Below, in pieces: positions 24,301-26,870 of a stretch of DNA of 26,870 nucleotides. A program made the position numbers and the translations under genes. The DNA is taken from NCBI GenBank assembly GCA_034408725.1, contig JAWXCN010000082.1, forward strand, positions 1-26,870, in the 5' to 3' direction. The notes under the pieces are model-generated. The model did no database searches, was not told the origin of the DNA, and saw only the letters and a program-made list of their open reading frames with translations. Origin of the DNA: Candidatus Hydrogenedentota bacterium. Its GTDB lineage: Bacteria; Hydrogenedentota; Hydrogenedentia; Hydrogenedentales; SLHB01. Within the stretch, counting starts at the first letter, position 1, and each line of letters starts with the position of its first letter.

Positions 24301-26810
24301 TGGTCCACCCTGGCTATCTCATCGCGGGGGCGCCGTTACTTCTATTGTGGCTGTTCTCCCCCGTCATCGCGTGGTGGGTGAGTCGAACGCTGCACGTCTA
24401 CAAGCCAGACCTTGACACGGGCCAGCTTGTGTTCCTTCGCAAACTCGCCCGCAAGACCTGGAGGTATTTCGAGGTATTCGTTACACCGGAAGAAAATTGG
24501 CTGCCGCCAGACAATTACCAGGAGCAACCGAAGGCCGCCATCGCGTCGCGGACCAGCCCCACGAATATCGGCGTTGCATTGCTTGCGAACCTCACGGCAT
24601 CCGACTTTGGGTATTGCACGACCGGAGAACTCCTGCTGCGCACGCAAAATACGCTCGCCACGATGGGCCGTCTCGAAAAATACCGCGGCCATTTCTACAA
24701 CTGGTATGACACCCAGACGCTTCGTCCGCTCCCGCCCCACTATGTTTCGACGGTGGACAGCGGAAACCTTGCCATGCACCTGTTGATCCTGCGATGCGGG
24801 CTGCTCGAGTTTATTGATGCGCGCGTGTTTCCGGCCAGTGTCTTTACGGGCATCCAGGATACGGCGAGCGTGCTATACGACGTGATTCACCATGCCATCG
24901 AAACGCAGGAGCCTGGAAAGGATTCGTTGCAGCTTCGCGAGTGCCAGCATCTCACGGAACAAATCGTCGCGCTGGCGACAGACGGTTCACGTTCACTCAG
25001 CGGTTCGGCGCTCCTGCTCAATCGCATCGCCGATACGGTGAACGCGCTTGAGAAGATCGATTGCGGGTCGCCCGAAGGCCGGTGGTGGACGGCCAAGCTC
25101 GTCAAAACCATCCACGGGTTCCAGGAGGAGTTAGCGCAGACCGCGCCCTGGGTGCTGCTCGAGTCCGCACCGGAAAAAATGTGGAGTGCCGCAAGCGGCG
25201 GACAGAGTGCGCAGCTTGAAGAATTGCGCGACGCGCTTGCACGGCTCGAGAGGATACCTACGTTGCGCCAGGTGGCCGAATCGCGTCATTCCCTGCTGCC
25301 GCGGATTGACGCCGCACTTGTTGCCGTCCACGCGGCTGGCGCGGTTAGCATGGAATGGCTCACGGCGTTGCGCCGTACCATATCGGATGCGTCGCGCACC
25401 GCCATCGAACGCATTCGCAATATCGAAGAAGCTGCCAGCCTGTGCCTCGATCATGCGAGCATGGACTTCGGGTTTCTGTACGACAAGACCCGCGATCTCA
25501 TGGCGATTGGCTACAACGTCTCCGACCACCGTTTGGACACGGGCTTCTACGATCTGTTGGCCTCGGAGGCGCGAACGGCCAGTTACTTCGCGATCGCCCA
25601 GGGGCAATTGGACCAGGAACATTGGTTTGCAATGCGGCGCATGCTGACAACGTCTACGGGCGCTCCGGCGTTGCTGAGCTGGAACGGTTCGATGTTCGAG
25701 TATCTGATGCCGTTGCTTGTGATGCCCACGTATGAGAATACACTGCTGGATCGGACGTGCAAGGCAATCGTGTTCCGCCAGATTGCATACGGTAAACAGC
25801 GCGGCATACCCTGGGGCGTTTCTGAATCCGGATACAACACGCTCGACGTTCACCTCAACTATCAGTACCGCGGCTTCGGCGTGCCTGGGCTCGGTTTGAA
25901 ACGCGGGCTTGTCGACGATCTCGTTGTCGCGCCGTATGCCAGCGCCCTTGCCTTGATGGTTGCGCCCGAAGAAGCGTGCAAAAACCTGGAACGCCTCGCC
26001 AGCGAAGGCCGCGCCGGCGCCTACGGTTTATACGAGGCAATCGACTACACGGCGACCCGGCTGCCGCGCGGGGCCAGCAGTGTGACCGTCCGATCGTTCA
26101 TGGCCCACCATCAGGGGATGAGCCTGTTGGCGTTCAGCCATGTTCTGTTGAACAGACCGATGCAACGCCGTTTCGCGGCCGATCCGGCGTTGCGCGCGAA
26201 CGAATTACTGTTGCAGGAGCGGGTACCGCGCACGACCGCGCCAATCTATCCGCACGCGGTAGAAGCCAGCACTTCAATTGCCGCCTTGTCTGGAGCGGAA
26301 GATTCCACGCGGGTGTTTTCCGATCCGGGAGGGTCCGCGCCGGAAGTACACTTGCTGTCCAATGGACGCTATCACGTCATGGTCAGCAGCGCGGGGGGCG
26401 GCTACAGCCGCTGGGGCGATTTTGCCGTCACCCGCTGGCACGAGGATGCGACGCGCGACTGCTGGGGCACATTCTGCTATTTGCGCGATACAGATTCCGG
26501 ACGCTACTGGTCCGTCGCACACCAACCGGCGCTTAAGTCCACGAAACCCTATGAAGCGATCTTTGCCCAGGGAAAAGCCGAATTTCGCAGAAGAGACGAC
26601 GAGATTGAAACGCATACCGAGATCAGTGTTTCGCCCGAGGACGATATCGAGCTTCGGCGGATTACCCTAACCAATCGCTCGGACAGGCCGCGTAACATCG
26701 AGTTGACCTCTTACGCCGAAGTTGTGCTCGCACCCGTCGGTCAGGACCTTGCGCATCCCGCCCTCAGCAATCTGTTCTTGCAAACTGAACTCATTGCGGC
26801 GCGTGCATAA
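21363..26810 (+). CDS. ndvB: Cyclic beta-1,2-glucan synthase (Cgs/NdvB/ChvB, GT84), C-terminally truncated
   Basis: Motifs AAEWLLD, GELWAIPIMLR, WMGYERKRGK, ITLDTDT, SHDLLE, RRHRWIRGDWQ, LPPDN.Q, RTSPTNIG, YDLLASEAR, PWGVSES and HLLSNGRY. Ends after about 1815 aa, early in the GH94 region. Start uncertain (21330 or 21363). Confidence 0.92.
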   Translation: MPPTLPPLTKTFGRLSNWYQTVYHTVTGNGIGFSADEQPLRAELYSVHQLELHAKAVAATHELAARRTPNRLIARLEKNERVLTRTYESLAIAVEKKYQITPAAEWLLDSFYAIEDQIRAARRHLPRSFSQSLPQLSSGPAAGMPRVYGIATELISHADGAIDNASLGAFIAAYQTITPLTLGELWAIPIMLRLALIENLRRVSVRVAASLRDRDEATEWALRMVTIVEKNPTDLVLVLADMARADPPLTSTFVAELTRHLHGQSPHFAFAQGWLEHRLSERGVTISQLVQIESQTQAADQVSIGNSITSLRLLGSTDWRDFVESQSVVESVLRHDPGGVYADMGFVTRDRYRHVVEQIAKYAGLPEADVALHAVRLAEAAFVREPGNRCAHVGYYLIDKGRDELERRARMRAPVSMKINRAFQRHPLLYYVSGIAALALCVILAFFQWTGAGEAPVWMLAAIAAPALMCATQFAINVVNWLVTIVVAPKPPPRMDFRAAIPREHRTMVVIPTLITSKQGIHDLLDRLEVHYVGNSDKHLHFALLTDLKDASQEILPEDEALVRRAREGIEALNEKYADDRRDIFFLFHRPRKWSAADKVWMGYERKRGKLREFTGLLRGGSFDSFSEVVGDVQVLPEIQYVITLDTDTLLPRDAARELTGAMAHPLNRPVIDARLRRVVEGYGILQPRVAISLPTASKSWFVRLFAIDSGLDPYTRVVSDVYQDVFGEGTFIGKGIYDVDAFHQTCDHFPENAILSHDLLESAYARSALMSDVELYEDYPSRYAVDASRRHRWIRGDWQIARWIMPRVHGPEGRSVKNPISALSWWKIADNLRRSLVPPAMIALLTLGWLFSWPLLAAYATGLVVAVFVVAPLLSAIAELARKPVDLDWFTHFRAYQPDMAHRAAQVLFNIIFLPYEAFLSLDAVTRTLARVWWTRRRMLEWTTSSDAERFARTSLAGHMLTMWAGPAAAALLGIATAMVHPGYLIAGAPLLLLWLFSPVIAWWVSRTLHVYKPDLDTGQLVFLRKLARKTWRYFEVFVTPEENWLPPDNYQEQPKAAIASRTSPTNIGVALLANLTASDFGYCTTGELLLRTQNTLATMGRLEKYRGHFYNWYDTQTLRPLPPHYVSTVDSGNLAMHLLILRCGLLEFIDARVFPASVFTGIQDTASVLYDVIHHAIETQEPGKDSLQLRECQHLTEQIVALATDGSRSLSGSALLLNRIADTVNALEKIDCGSPEGRWWTAKLVKTIHGFQEELAQTAPWVLLESAPEKMWSAASGGQSAQLEELRDALARLERIPTLRQVAESRHSLLPRIDAALVAVHAAGAVSMEWLTALRRTISDASRTAIERIRNIEEAASLCLDHASMDFGFLYDKTRDLMAIGYNVSDHRLDTGFYDLLASEARTASYFAIAQGQLDQEHWFAMRRMLTTSTGAPALLSWNGSMFEYLMPLLVMPTYENTLLDRTCKAIVFRQIAYGKQRGIPWGVSESGYNTLDVHLNYQYRGFGVPGLGLKRGLVDDLVVAPYASALALMVAPEEACKNLERLASEGRAGAYGLYEAIDYTATRLPRGASSVTVRSFMAHHQGMSLLAFSHVLLNRPMQRRFAADPALRANELLLQERVPRTTAPIYPHAVEASTSIAALSGAEDSTRVFSDPGGSAPEVHLLSNGRYHVMVSSAGGGYSRWGDFAVTRWHEDATRDCWGTFCYLRDTDSGRYWSVAHQPALKSTKPYEAIFAQGKAEFRRRDDEIETHTEISVSPEDDIELRRITLTNRSDRPRNIELTSYAEVVLAPVGQDLAHPALSNLFLQTELIAARA

Positions 26811-26870
26811 AATCGCCTGGCGCGCCGCACTGAGGTCAGTTTGTACAACCAGATTGCTGAAGGCGCGATG

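Overview
GC-rich bacterial DNA; gene content suggests a Planctomycetota- or Hydrogenedentota-like organism (inference only). No rRNA, tRNA, CRISPR array, transposase or phage structural gene was seen. The left half (1-12.4 kb) mostly holds secreted or envelope catabolic genes: DUF1080, TauE/SafE, ApbE, a Tat-exported Gfo/Idh/MocA dehydrogenase, a membrane-anchored MutS-like ATPase, an orphan DUF2281-like ORF, a BNR/sialidase, ThuA, a penicillin acylase and a PI-PLC/GDPD-like enzyme. Two families of REP-like palindromes and a tandem pair of DnaA boxes lie between these genes. The right half (12.5-26.9 kb) looks like a general-stress/osmoprotection island. Its regulators are a membrane histidine kinase, a UvrY/GacA-like regulator and a receiver-only paralogue, with a divergent sigma-2-only ECF-like ORF. 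Its effectors are entericidin, an AI-2E transporter, a yqjDEK-like triad (one member frameshifted), a lipoprotein, CsbD, DUF3309, an unannotated 40-aa membrane peptide, and a cyclic beta-1,2-glucan synthase that stops early in its GH94 region. All family calls come from recognising motifs by eye; no database search was run.
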